The notes: generated by a model from the letters alone, not told the origin. A stretch of 44,323 bases of DNA from Candidatus Saccharimonadota bacterium (GCA_025934715.1 JAICWR010000003.1:1-44323); one strand, 5' to 3'; positions 16,535 through 24,112 are shown, counted from the first letter of the stretch. Translations and numbers: made by a program.

Positions 16535-17245
16535 TTAAGTATTTTTCTTCTGCTTAGAGTGGGAGAGTCTTGCCACCACGCCCTCGACGAAAGTTGGCGT
16601 GATAGTTGTTACTAAGGGCACATAGTCTTCAGGAAGCGATATTTTAAGTGTTCTCTCGGGAGAACCTTCGTGCTTGTCAGAGCTGCGGCTGAAGACCATT
16701 ATTTTATATTCTCCAAGATCCCACCGAGCGTGTCCAAATGTATGAAGCGTGGGTTTATCATTGCTTTCGACATACTCGACATTGAAGTTTATGTTTTGGT
16801 CTCGTGGGACAGCGATGACATCTATGACACAGCCGGTCATATTAGACAGATACTCAATTTTTAAGTCACGCTTTCTGTTTGCGGAATCTTCTTCGAATTT
16901 CGATATGTCAGGAAGAACAAGAGTCCATAGATGACGTGCTTTTTGTAAGCCTTTCAATGGAGTCCATTGAGACCTGTCAATCACGTCGCCTTCTTTAACT
17001 CGACTATGCCCTATGCCTGAGCCGTGAATTGAAAAATGGTCGTAATCAACGTCCTCTTCGAATGTCTTAATATCTATACGGAACTTTGATCCCGGCTGAG
17101 ACGACATCTCGGTTATGCCACGCTTGCCGGGCGCATTCTTCCTGTTCGGGACAAAAAGATAAATACTTGCGTCCTTTGGATTGTAGTCAAGGTTAGCTAC
17201 CTTATAAGATCTGTCATCTCTCGTGACGAAAACTCGAGCGACCAT
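16535..17245 (-). CDS. Hypothetical protein (AT-rich orphan)
   Basis: A 236-aa ORF starting 17 nt after the tmk-fusion stop. It is visibly AT-richer than the flanking genes. I recognise no motif. Notable strings are HFSIHGSGIGHSRV and FGHARWDLGE. Confidence 0.6.
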   Translation of the reverse strand: MVARVFVTRDDRSYKVANLDYNPKDASIYLFVPNRKNAPGKRGITEMSSQPGSKFRIDIKTFEEDVDYDHFSIHGSGIGHSRVKEGDVIDRSQWTPLKGLQKARHLWTLVLPDISKFEEDSANRKRDLKIEYLSNMTGCVIDVIAVPRDQNINFNVEYVESNDKPTLHTFGHARWDLGEYKIMVFSRSSDKHEGSPERTLKISLPEDYVPLVTTITPTFVEGVVARLSHSKQKKNT

Positions 17246-17262
17246 AAATCTATAATAAGCGG

Positions 17263-19227
17263 CTAGGATTTTTTTGGTTTGCGGCTGCGGCGCTTGGATG
17301 GGCGGTGGGCCGGCTTAATCTTGTTTTTGGGCATTTTAGCTTCCATTGGCAGACCGTGGAGGATGTCCCACAGCAGCGGATGGGCTTCGCTGACCCTTTC
17401 GGAAATAGCGGATGATAAAGGTCGGAGATTCGCGTCCGCGTGGTAAATAACCTGTTTTAGCGAGGCGGCATCAACGCTCAGCTGCCAGCGGACCCTGTGG
17501 CCCAGCAACGTCGCGTAAGCGGCTGTCTGGTCTAGCCCGGCGCCCTGCATCAAACTGAACAATTTTAAGCTCTCATCAAAACACTCGGCATAAAGATCGT
17601 CGGCACCGGCCTCTTCGATAATTGAAGGCGTATCAAACCCGTACCGGGCAGTGAATGATTGCACCCGGAAAGCCGGTGATTTACTGATTTCGACAATTTT
17701 ATCCAAAGCCAACTGGTCGGATAGGATATCCAGTTTATACCGTACTTGCTTGAGAATACTGCTGCGGCCAGCCGCTTCCTTGAGGCCTTGGTACTTCTGG
17801 CTGTAAGACCAGTTAGAGACGCCTTCGACTATATCTTCCAGCGGCAAATCGGTGTGCGGGTATAAGGACTCCGCCAGCAAATCGAATTCCAATTTTGGAT
17901 AAGCCGCAGCAACATTTACGACATCATCGGACCCCAGCTTGGAGAGTTCGTTATAAGGAAGCTGGCTGATTATGCTGCTGATGGAGTCCATGCCATCTGT
18001 TTCCAGCGGCCGCTTGAAATCTTCGGGCCATTTTTTCCTGGCGGCCAGGTACAGCTGCTGGGCTGTCCACTGGGCCTCATCGCCGTCACTGGAGAGCAGA
18101 TTCTCGGATAATTGCCTTAGTCCCTCTTTCCGGACACCGAATTCAAAGCTGACAAGCGCGCTGAGCGGCGTTAGAGGCAACAACAGCCCCTCGACACTAT
18201 TTTGCGGGTTGGATTTCACGCTCTCTGGTTGGTCTTCCAGATACCTCTCGAGCTTGTCTGCTATCTGCCGGTGTTTTCCAGCCAGTAGCTCCATAGTCGC
18301 CCGGTAATGTTCAGCAATATTCTTTGGCATCCCCTGGGGCGTGTAATAACTGTAGTCGCTCGCTTGCCAGCCACGGTAAGACGGACTGATCGAGGTTTTT
18401 TCATTCCGCTGCAGGAGCAGCCTGAGTAGCAGGCTGACGTCCTTAAAGATATGCCGCAGCTCGCCGTCCGGCGCGTCCACTGAGCCCGCAGGTTCTTTAG
18501 CAGGCGCGCCTAGCTTGACCACCACACTATGCGAGGGGTGAGGGCGCTCAGCCGGCAGCAGAGGCTTAAGCTTCTTCCAAATAAGGTCATTGACCTTGGC
18601 GACCGTCATCAGCTTGTCATTTTTGGCGCACTCTATGGCTTTATAATCTTTGGGAAACAGCCGGCACAGGATGTCATAGGTCTCTAATGATTTAATCAGG
18701 AATTTGGCGTTCTTTTCGTGGTCGTCGAGCTTAGCACCGGTTTTAGCCGCCCTTTCCTCAATTAGTTTCAGAGAGATGTCAGCTGGCACCCGCAGGAAAA
18801 AGGAAACATCCGGCCTCGGTATGCCCAACAGCTCAAACTCAAGGTTATCTTCCCAGATAAAAAAGCCCCGCTGCTCGACCGGATCTTCGAATTTCGCCCC
18901 CTGGTGGGCCATATTGGAACCGACGTAACGGTTCGCCAGTACAATCTTGCCATCGCCCAGGGCTTTTTTGATCGCTTTGGAGGCCTCAAACCTGTCCAGA
19001 GCGTAAAACAGAGAGGCGGTGTAGGGGCTGAGCTTAGTCGCTTGCCCGTAGGCGCCGGCCAGATATCGCCGGACGAAATAGCTGGACTCCTCGTCATAGC
19101 GTGGAAAATCGAACTCCTCGACATCGTAGCCGATGGCCTTCAGCCTCTCCTTTAACAGGTTTAGCTGGGTGGCTTTGCCGGACCCATCAGATCCTTCTAT
19201 GACGATGAACAAGCCGCGGTGTCTCAT
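17263..19227 (-). CDS. tmk: Thymidylate kinase fused to a ~440-aa C-terminal region resembling two tandem degenerate ThyX-like repeats
   Basis: N-terminus: GLFIVIEGSDGSGKATQ (P-loop), PRYDE..., LFYALDRF and ANRYVGSNMAHQ give the dTMP kinase call. C-terminus: two repeats with ThyX-like signature strings (LQRNEKTSISPSYRG...YYTP...LLPLTPLSALVSFEFGVRKEGLRQL, and ISKSPAFRVQSFTARYGF...ATLLGHRVRWQLSVDAASLKQVI). Confidence 0.85.
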   Translation of the reverse strand: MRHRGLFIVIEGSDGSGKATQLNLLKERLKAIGYDVEEFDFPRYDEESSYFVRRYLAGAYGQATKLSPYTASLFYALDRFEASKAIKKALGDGKIVLANRYVGSNMAHQGAKFEDPVEQRGFFIWEDNLEFELLGIPRPDVSFFLRVPADISLKLIEERAAKTGAKLDDHEKNAKFLIKSLETYDILCRLFPKDYKAIECAKNDKLMTVAKVNDLIWKKLKPLLPAERPHPSHSVVVKLGAPAKEPAGSVDAPDGELRHIFKDVSLLLRLLLQRNEKTSISPSYRGWQASDYSYYTPQGMPKNIAEHYRATMELLAGKHRQIADKLERYLEDQPESVKSNPQNSVEGLLLPLTPLSALVSFEFGVRKEGLRQLSENLLSSDGDEAQWTAQQLYLAARKKWPEDFKRPLETDGMDSISSIISQLPYNELSKLGSDDVVNVAAAYPKLEFDLLAESLYPHTDLPLEDIVEGVSNWSYSQKYQGLKEAAGRSSILKQVRYKLDILSDQLALDKIVEISKSPAFRVQSFTARYGFDTPSIIEEAGADDLYAECFDESLKLFSLMQGAGLDQTAAYATLLGHRVRWQLSVDAASLKQVIYHADANLRPLSSAISERVSEAHPLLWDILHGLPMEAKMPKNKIKPAHRPSKRRSRKPKKS

Positions 19228-19233
19228 AAGCTT

Positions 19234-19947
19234 CTACAAAGTTTTAAGGCCTTTTATGGGCTTGGGCATCGAACGTCTGTCCAGGTAAGCTTTTGGCAGC
19301 ATCAATTCCGGCCGCCAACTTTTAATCAGCTGGTTTAAATCAGTGCCGGATTGGTACTTACCGCTGAAACCGCGGTGCCTGCCCTGGCCGTAATTCCCCT
19401 CCACCGGGCCAGTTTCATGGAAAACGATTTGGCCGATACGCTCGCCGACCGGCAGAAGGATGATTTCACTGTGGTTGAGGTTGAAAACCTCGAGCGTCAA
19501 CCGGTTTATATAGCCGGGGTCGATCCATCCGGCGTCGAAACTGACAGCCACGCCGTTACGACCCCAACTGGAGCGCGATCGGACTTCGCAGGCGCCGGGC
19601 GGCAAGATGCCAAAAAACTCATGGGTGTGGGCCAAAATGCGCTCTCCTGGACGGACCGGAATAACCGGATGGTTGGGTGGGATCCCCCTGAGCTGCTTTA
19701 TACCATTTTCTTCGCACCACTGCTTATGCGGCGTAGCCGTCAGGGCGCCTTCAAAGTATCTTTGCACATCCCCTTCATCAAAAGGGTTGTAGACCGGGTG
19801 GTCGGCCGAGCGCTCGGTGCGGTAGTAATTGTGGCCTAAAGTGACGTCTAGGCTGGCATGGGCCACGTGGCGCAGATTGAAGGGCGTACACAAAATATGA
19901 CCGTCCTTGACGGCGGCTATAATCTGCTTGTTACTAAAGACTGCCAT
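19234..19947 (-). CDS. dcd: dCTP deaminase family protein (Dcd/dUTPase superfamily)
   Basis: MAVFSNKQIIAAVKDGHILCTPF...ASLDVTLG, plus GWIDPGYINRLTLEVFNLN, is typical of dCTP deaminases. At 237 aa it is somewhat longer than the classical ~190 aa. Confidence 0.8.
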   Translation of the reverse strand: MAVFSNKQIIAAVKDGHILCTPFNLRHVAHASLDVTLGHNYYRTERSADHPVYNPFDEGDVQRYFEGALTATPHKQWCEENGIKQLRGIPPNHPVIPVRPGERILAHTHEFFGILPPGACEVRSRSSWGRNGVAVSFDAGWIDPGYINRLTLEVFNLNHSEIILLPVGERIGQIVFHETGPVEGNYGQGRHRGFSGKYQSGTDLNQLIKSWRPELMLPKAYLDRRSMPKPIKGLKTL

Positions 19948-20010
19948 TCCCTGTTCAACTCCTTACCCATTAAGTCTAGTTTGATTGATATACGCCCGCA
20001 AGCATAAGCT

Positions 20011-20952
20011 CTAAAGCTCCAACTTGATACTTGGCCCCATCGTTGTGCTCACGTAGGCGCTCTTGATGTATATCCCCTTTAAGCTGGAGGGCTTGGCCGC
20101 CCTGACACTGGCCAGCACAGCCTCGGCGTTATCGGTTAGCTTTGAGGGTCCGAAACTAGCCTTACCAACGCTTAAATGAATAATCCCGGCCTGGTCTACA
20201 CGGTATTCCACCCGGCCGGCTTTGGCTTCTTGTACGGCTTGCTTAACATCTTTAGTCACTGTACCGCTCTTGGGGTTGGGCATCAGCCCGCGTGGGCCTA
20301 GCAGACGGGCATATTTACCGAGTTTGGGCATCATATCGGGAGTCGCGATCAGCACGTCAAAATCGATGTCTTCTTTATCCAATTTGGCGAATAGCTTTTC
20401 AGCCTCCGGTTCATCTGCAACCGTCGCCACTCGGACATCTTTGCCGGTCCCGGCCGGCAGCACCACCGTGCCGCGGACATTCTGGTCAGCCTGGCGGGGG
20501 TCGACACCTAGGTTCACATGCAACTCTATGGCGGCATCAAATTTCGTATTAGCGGTCTTGGTCGCCAGATCTATCGCCTCGGCCAAAGGATAACTCTTGG
20601 CCTTGTCTATTAGTTTCGCGGCCTCTTTATACCGTTTGCCGGTTCTTTCTGCGCGGCTGCGCGGAGCTTTGGCGGCCGGCTTGGCAGCTGGTTTAACCGG
20701 CTTTTTATCAATGGTGTTTTTCCGGGCTTCTTTATCCTGCCTTTCTTCAGCATCAGCCACGGCTTTAGCGCTCCTTTTGCCGGCTTTGGCAAGTGGTTTA
20801 TCAGGCTTTTCCTCGATGACCTCCATTTTCTTTTCGGGGGCAGCATCGGCCGGAGTGGTCTCTGCGACGACTTCCGCCCGTTTCATCTTCTTTTGCTTGG
20901 TTTCGTCCTCGGCCTTAGCTTTTGAACTTTTGGCTTGCTTGGCTTGTGCCAT
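20011..20952 (-). CDS. rplA: 50S ribosomal protein L1 with a ~100-aa Lys/Ala/Glu-rich N-terminal extension
   Basis: The start is set at MAQAKQ because AAAGGAGGAATC precedes that ATG (20950-20952). The L1 core runs from GKRYKEAAKLIDKAKSYPLAEAIDL to the end. Confidence 0.9.
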   Translation of the reverse strand: MAQAKQAKSSKAKAEDETKQKKMKRAEVVAETTPADAAPEKKMEVIEEKPDKPLAKAGKRSAKAVADAEERQDKEARKNTIDKKPVKPAAKPAAKAPRSRAERTGKRYKEAAKLIDKAKSYPLAEAIDLATKTANTKFDAAIELHVNLGVDPRQADQNVRGTVVLPAGTGKDVRVATVADEPEAEKLFAKLDKEDIDFDVLIATPDMMPKLGKYARLLGPRGLMPNPKSGTVTKDVKQAVQEAKAGRVEYRVDQAGIIHLSVGKASFGPSKLTDNAEAVLASVRAAKPSSLKGIYIKSAYVSTTMGPSIKLEL

Positions 20953-21010
20953 GATTCCTCCTTTGTGGTCCAAACGGCCTTATCAGCCTCCCACAAAAAT
21001 GCTTAACTTG

Positions 21011-21445
21011 TTAAGTTTCCACTTCTACGCCCATGCTGCGGGCGGTGCCGGCCACCATTTTTTTAACCGCTTCGATATCATCAGTGTTCATGTCATCCGC
21101 TTTAGCCTCGGCAATCTCGGCCAGCTGCCCTTGGCTCAGCTTTTTATCAAGCTTGGTTTTATTGGGCTCGCCTGAGCCTTTATCAACTTTCAGAGCTGAT
21201 AAGATCATTTCGTCTGTCGGTGTCCCAACCACCCGCCACTGCATGCTCCGGTCCTCAAAAATCGTGATATGTACCGTCAGGCTTTGCCCCATCCGGTCTT
21301 TAGTTTCTTCGTTAAAGGGATTGATGAAGTCCATCATGCTGACGCCGTATTGGCCGAGCGTGGAGCCGACCGGCGGTGCGGCGCTGGCTTGGCCCCCCCG
21401 AACTTTCATCTTAAGTGTCGCTCTGGCTTGCTTTGCTTCAGCCAT
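21011..21445 (-). CDS. rplK: 50S ribosomal protein L11
   Basis: The start is set at MAEAKQ (GGAGGTGAAA precedes the ATG). The L11 signature is present (GGQASAAPPVGSTLGQYGVSMMDFINPFN). Confidence 0.9.
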   Translation of the reverse strand: MAEAKQARATLKMKVRGGQASAAPPVGSTLGQYGVSMMDFINPFNEETKDRMGQSLTVHITIFEDRSMQWRVVGTPTDEMILSALKVDKGSGEPNKTKLDKKLSQGQLAEIAEAKADDMNTDDIEAVKKMVAGTARSMGVEVET

Positions 21446-21677
21446 TTTCACCTCCTGCCTCAAGCCTGACGGCCTGTGGCAGCATTCTTCTGGATGCTTC
21501 TATGCCACCAAAAACGCGCTTGTCCCAATCTACACTCTGCTCACCATCTTCGATGGGAGGCAAATCCAGCATTTCAAGCCACGCGTTGGTTTCATCGAAA
21601 GAGTACGGCTCCGCCATCACGGATTCTCGCCCGCGCATACCCTGAGGTCCTTCCCAGTCTTGTTTAGCTACTGCCAC
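21438..21677 (-). CDS. Questionable small acidic ORF in the nusG-rplK spacer
   Basis: A 79-codon open frame (GTG start; internal ATGs) fills the 233-nt spacer. Its TGA overlaps the rplK ATG region. I recognise no family, there is no clear SD, and ORFs are also open on the opposite strand. Confidence 0.25.
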   Translation of the reverse strand: MAVAKQDWEGPQGMRGRESVMAEPYSFDETNAWLEMLDLPPIEDGEQSVDWDKRVFGGIEASRRMLPQAVRLEAGGENG

Positions 21678-21678
21678 T

Positions 21679-22221
21679 TTAAACTCTTTTCACCTGCAGG
21701 CCGTCCAGCTCCACTGGTGTTTCCCGGCCGAACATGCTGACTAGCACCTTTAATTTGCCTTTCTGCGCATCTATCTCATTGATAGCCCCGTCGAAGCCTT
21801 TGAAAGGACCATCGACTATGTTGACGACTTCGCCGACCCGGTAGTCAAACTTATGTTTAGGCTCTTCGCGCCCCATCCGCTTCATGATTTTTGTGATTTC
21901 GTCATCACTGACCGGAGTTGGCTCTGTCCCGGTGCCCACGAAGCCAGTCACGTTAGGCGTGTTCCTCACGATATACCAGGCATCTTCGCTCAGTTTCATC
22001 TCGACCAGAACATAGCCCTGGAAAATCCGCTTCTCAACCACTTTACGTTTACCATTCTTAATCTCGATCATTTTTTCCTTTGGCACTAAGACCTGGAAAA
22101 TTTTGTCGCCCATATCAAGGCTCTCCGCCCGCTGGCGGATGCTCTCGGCGACCTTTTCTTCATAACCACTATAAGTGTGAATGGCATACCATTGCTTGGT
22201 TGAGTCGTAACGCTTGTTCAT
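21679..22221 (-). CDS. nusG: Transcription termination/antitermination factor NusG
   Basis: WYAIHTYSGYEEKV (NGN domain) and the KOW motif GEVVNIVDGPFKGFDGAINEID are present. Confidence 0.95.
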   Translation of the reverse strand: MNKRYDSTKQWYAIHTYSGYEEKVAESIRQRAESLDMGDKIFQVLVPKEKMIEIKNGKRKVVEKRIFQGYVLVEMKLSEDAWYIVRNTPNVTGFVGTGTEPTPVSDDEITKIMKRMGREEPKHKFDYRVGEVVNIVDGPFKGFDGAINEIDAQKGKLKVLVSMFGRETPVELDGLQVKRV

Positions 22222-22228
22222 GGGTCCT

Positions 22229-22642
22229 TTACTTTAAAATCACCTTCTTAAACACTTCATCTAGGCCCTTATCCACACCTGCCACTAAGGCGCCGAAAAT
22301 AACGGAAAAGATAAAGACAGCCAGGGTGAGGCGCCAGGTTTCGCGGCGTTTGGGCCATTGCACCTGCCGCAGCTCCCTCCAGGCATTAATGAAATAGCTT
22401 GGCACGATCCAGGCGAGCCCTCTTTTAACGTGACGGAGAGGTGTTTTAGCTGCTTTCACCGGTTTACGCTCTCCCAGCCGCAATCGCTGGACCGGCTTTG
22501 CCGGAACCGCTAAAACTCTTCGCGCCCGGCCGCTTTTAGCCAGACTTTCTTTGGCTTTGGCGGTCTCTTCAACTTTTTCACGGATTGTCGGTGCGCTTTT
22601 ACGGATCCTTGGCTTGCGCCTGGATCCCGGTGCTTCTGCCAC
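22229..22642 (-). CDS. secE: Preprotein translocase subunit SecE with a ~80-aa basic N-terminal extension
   Basis: The C-terminal FINAWRELRQVQWPKRRETWRLTLAVFIFSVIFGALVAGVD is the SecE core. The gene has a GTG start preceded by GGGAG and sits upstream of nusG. Confidence 0.85.
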   Translation of the reverse strand: MAEAPGSRRKPRIRKSAPTIREKVEETAKAKESLAKSGRARRVLAVPAKPVQRLRLGERKPVKAAKTPLRHVKRGLAWIVPSYFINAWRELRQVQWPKRRETWRLTLAVFIFSVIFGALVAGVDKGLDEVFKKVILK

Positions 22643-22661
22643 TCCAAGCTCCCTGTCAGTT

Positions 22662-22687
22662 AAATAAAGCCTACTTTATGAGTAGGC
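22662..22687 (-). terminator. Rho-independent terminator-like hairpin between the DUF45 gene and secE
   Basis: Minus strand: GCCTACT-cataa-AGTAGGC followed by TTTATTT. Confidence 0.55.
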
Positions 22688-22732
22688 CGTCACTGTCAAT
22701 ACTAGCGCAAGTTAGCATCTTTGACAACTGTT

Positions 22733-23437
22733 TCATACCGGCGCCAAGACCGGGCGGTGTTGTTTGATTTCGCGCCGGAGCTGTTTGGCGTCTGGCAAGA
22801 TTTCCGCCACCAACTGCCAAAACTGAGGGCTATGGTTTAAGTGTTTGGTGTGCGCCAGCTCGTGGATGATAACGTAATCGATCAAATGCCAAGGGAGCTG
22901 GACCAGATAATAATTGAGGGTTATTAATTTTCTGTCTGAGCAGCTTCCCCACCTGGAGGTTAGCCGCTTGATTTTCAGCCGGTCGTATGCAAGCCCATGT
23001 GCAGCTGATAGCCGGCTAAGCCTACGGGTCAGCAGTTCTTCCGCCTCACGCTTAAGGGCCCTTTCGCAGGCTGTTTGTGCGGCCCGCTGCACCGGTTGGC
23101 TGGCTGGATGGTGGGGGCTGGTGATGCTGATGAGATTGGCGGCGACCCTGGTCCGGGTTCGGCCCACAGTGGAAGAATTACGGAACGACAGCCTGTACGA
23201 TTTGCCAATCCGCTGCCCATCCGCTAGCAACATAGGCTGGCTGGCTGCCAAATGTGAGTTTATCCACCCCTTGCGCTTCACGGCGAAAGCCACACCAGCT
23301 GAGTAAGGCGCCCAGTGAGGAATGCCGACGCGGACGGACCCGTCGGGACGGATGCTCAGTCTCAGATTCCGGCTGCCGCGGCGCTTGGCCAGCACGACCT
23401 GGCCGATGCCCTCGACTTCCACGATTTTTTGCGACAT
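22733..23437 (-). CDS. YgjP-like (DUF45) zinc metallopeptidase-fold protein
   Basis: 234 aa. RWGSCS followed by IDYVIIHELAHTKHLNHSPQFW (HExxH) is diagnostic of the DUF45/M48-like family. Confidence 0.85.
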   Translation of the reverse strand: MSQKIVEVEGIGQVVLAKRRGSRNLRLSIRPDGSVRVGIPHWAPYSAGVAFAVKRKGWINSHLAASQPMLLADGQRIGKSYRLSFRNSSTVGRTRTRVAANLISITSPHHPASQPVQRAAQTACERALKREAEELLTRRLSRLSAAHGLAYDRLKIKRLTSRWGSCSDRKLITLNYYLVQLPWHLIDYVIIHELAHTKHLNHSPQFWQLVAEILPDAKQLRREIKQHRPVLAPV

Positions 23438-23439
23438 TT

Positions 23440-24099
23440 TTAATTTATAGAAATATTACGGCGGGCTAGGTCGACTCTGCCGGCCCTCGGATTAGGTATC
23501 AGGTTGATGAGACCGGGTTTGGCCACCCGGTGCTGCACGGTCTCGCTGCCTATCAATCCCAATTGGTACATCCGGTTTATGATCGTATTCTTTTGGGTGG
23601 TGAATGTATGTTTGCCGCTGATAACTATATATTCTTCGCCCTCAGGGTTTTGCATGCCGGACGCTTGGCGGTCGAAAGTCGACCGGGTTTGGGGTTCGGC
23701 GAATTTATCGTCTGATGTGCGGCGGTCTCGCTGCTGGGTCCGGCCGAAAGCCGTCTCTAAATCAATCTGGATCCATATCAACATGTAAGCCGCGCTGTGC
23801 TTCCGCGCTAGTTCGCGCAGGCGGCGGCGCTGGGCGATGCGTAAAGCGTTGGTGTCATAGACAATGCTCACGCCAGCGCTTAAAAATTCTTCGCTCATGT
23901 AGTCCATAAGGTGGCTGACAATCGCGTTTTCCTGGGCGTCATAACGGGGCTCCTGGAAGAGCTCACTTCTGATCCGGTCGGAATTAACATGCGCCAGCTG
24001 GACTTCCTCGGCTAAATTGCGCGCCACATAAGTTTTCCCGGAGCCCGGGTAACCGTAGAGGCAGATTAAAGCTGGTTTATTGGGGATTATCTTCGGCAT
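23440..24099 (-). CDS. P-loop kinase (AAA_33 / polynucleotide-kinase / zeta-toxin-like fold)
   Basis: LICLYGYPGSGKTYVARNL (Walker A), NSDRIR and an Arg-rich lid (AQRRRLRELARKH) are present. Its stop is 2 nt from the DUF45 gene start. Confidence 0.7.
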   Translation of the reverse strand: MPKIIPNKPALICLYGYPGSGKTYVARNLAEEVQLAHVNSDRIRSELFQEPRYDAQENAIVSHLMDYMSEEFLSAGVSIVYDTNALRIAQRRRLRELARKHSAAYMLIWIQIDLETAFGRTQQRDRRTSDDKFAEPQTRSTFDRQASGMQNPEGEEYIVISGKHTFTTQKNTIINRMYQLGLIGSETVQHRVAKPGLINLIPNPRAGRVDLARRNISIN

Positions 24100-24112
24100 C
24101 GCTTCTGCTATG

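Noticed and set aside
21033-21740. Long ORFs antisense to well-supported genes. Examples are 21033-21740 (235 aa, opposite rplK), 12339-12995 (opposite dnaB), 20597-21175 (opposite rplA), 42124-42693 (opposite rplF), 32643-33269 (opposite rluD), 5585-6145, 24776-25324, 35726-36250 and 3997-4470.
   Set aside because: Each lies entirely opposite a gene with unmistakable family motifs. Their translations are low-complexity (Ser/Leu/Ala/Arg-rich), as is typical of antisense frames in moderately GC-rich DNA, and none has an SD or recognisable motif.
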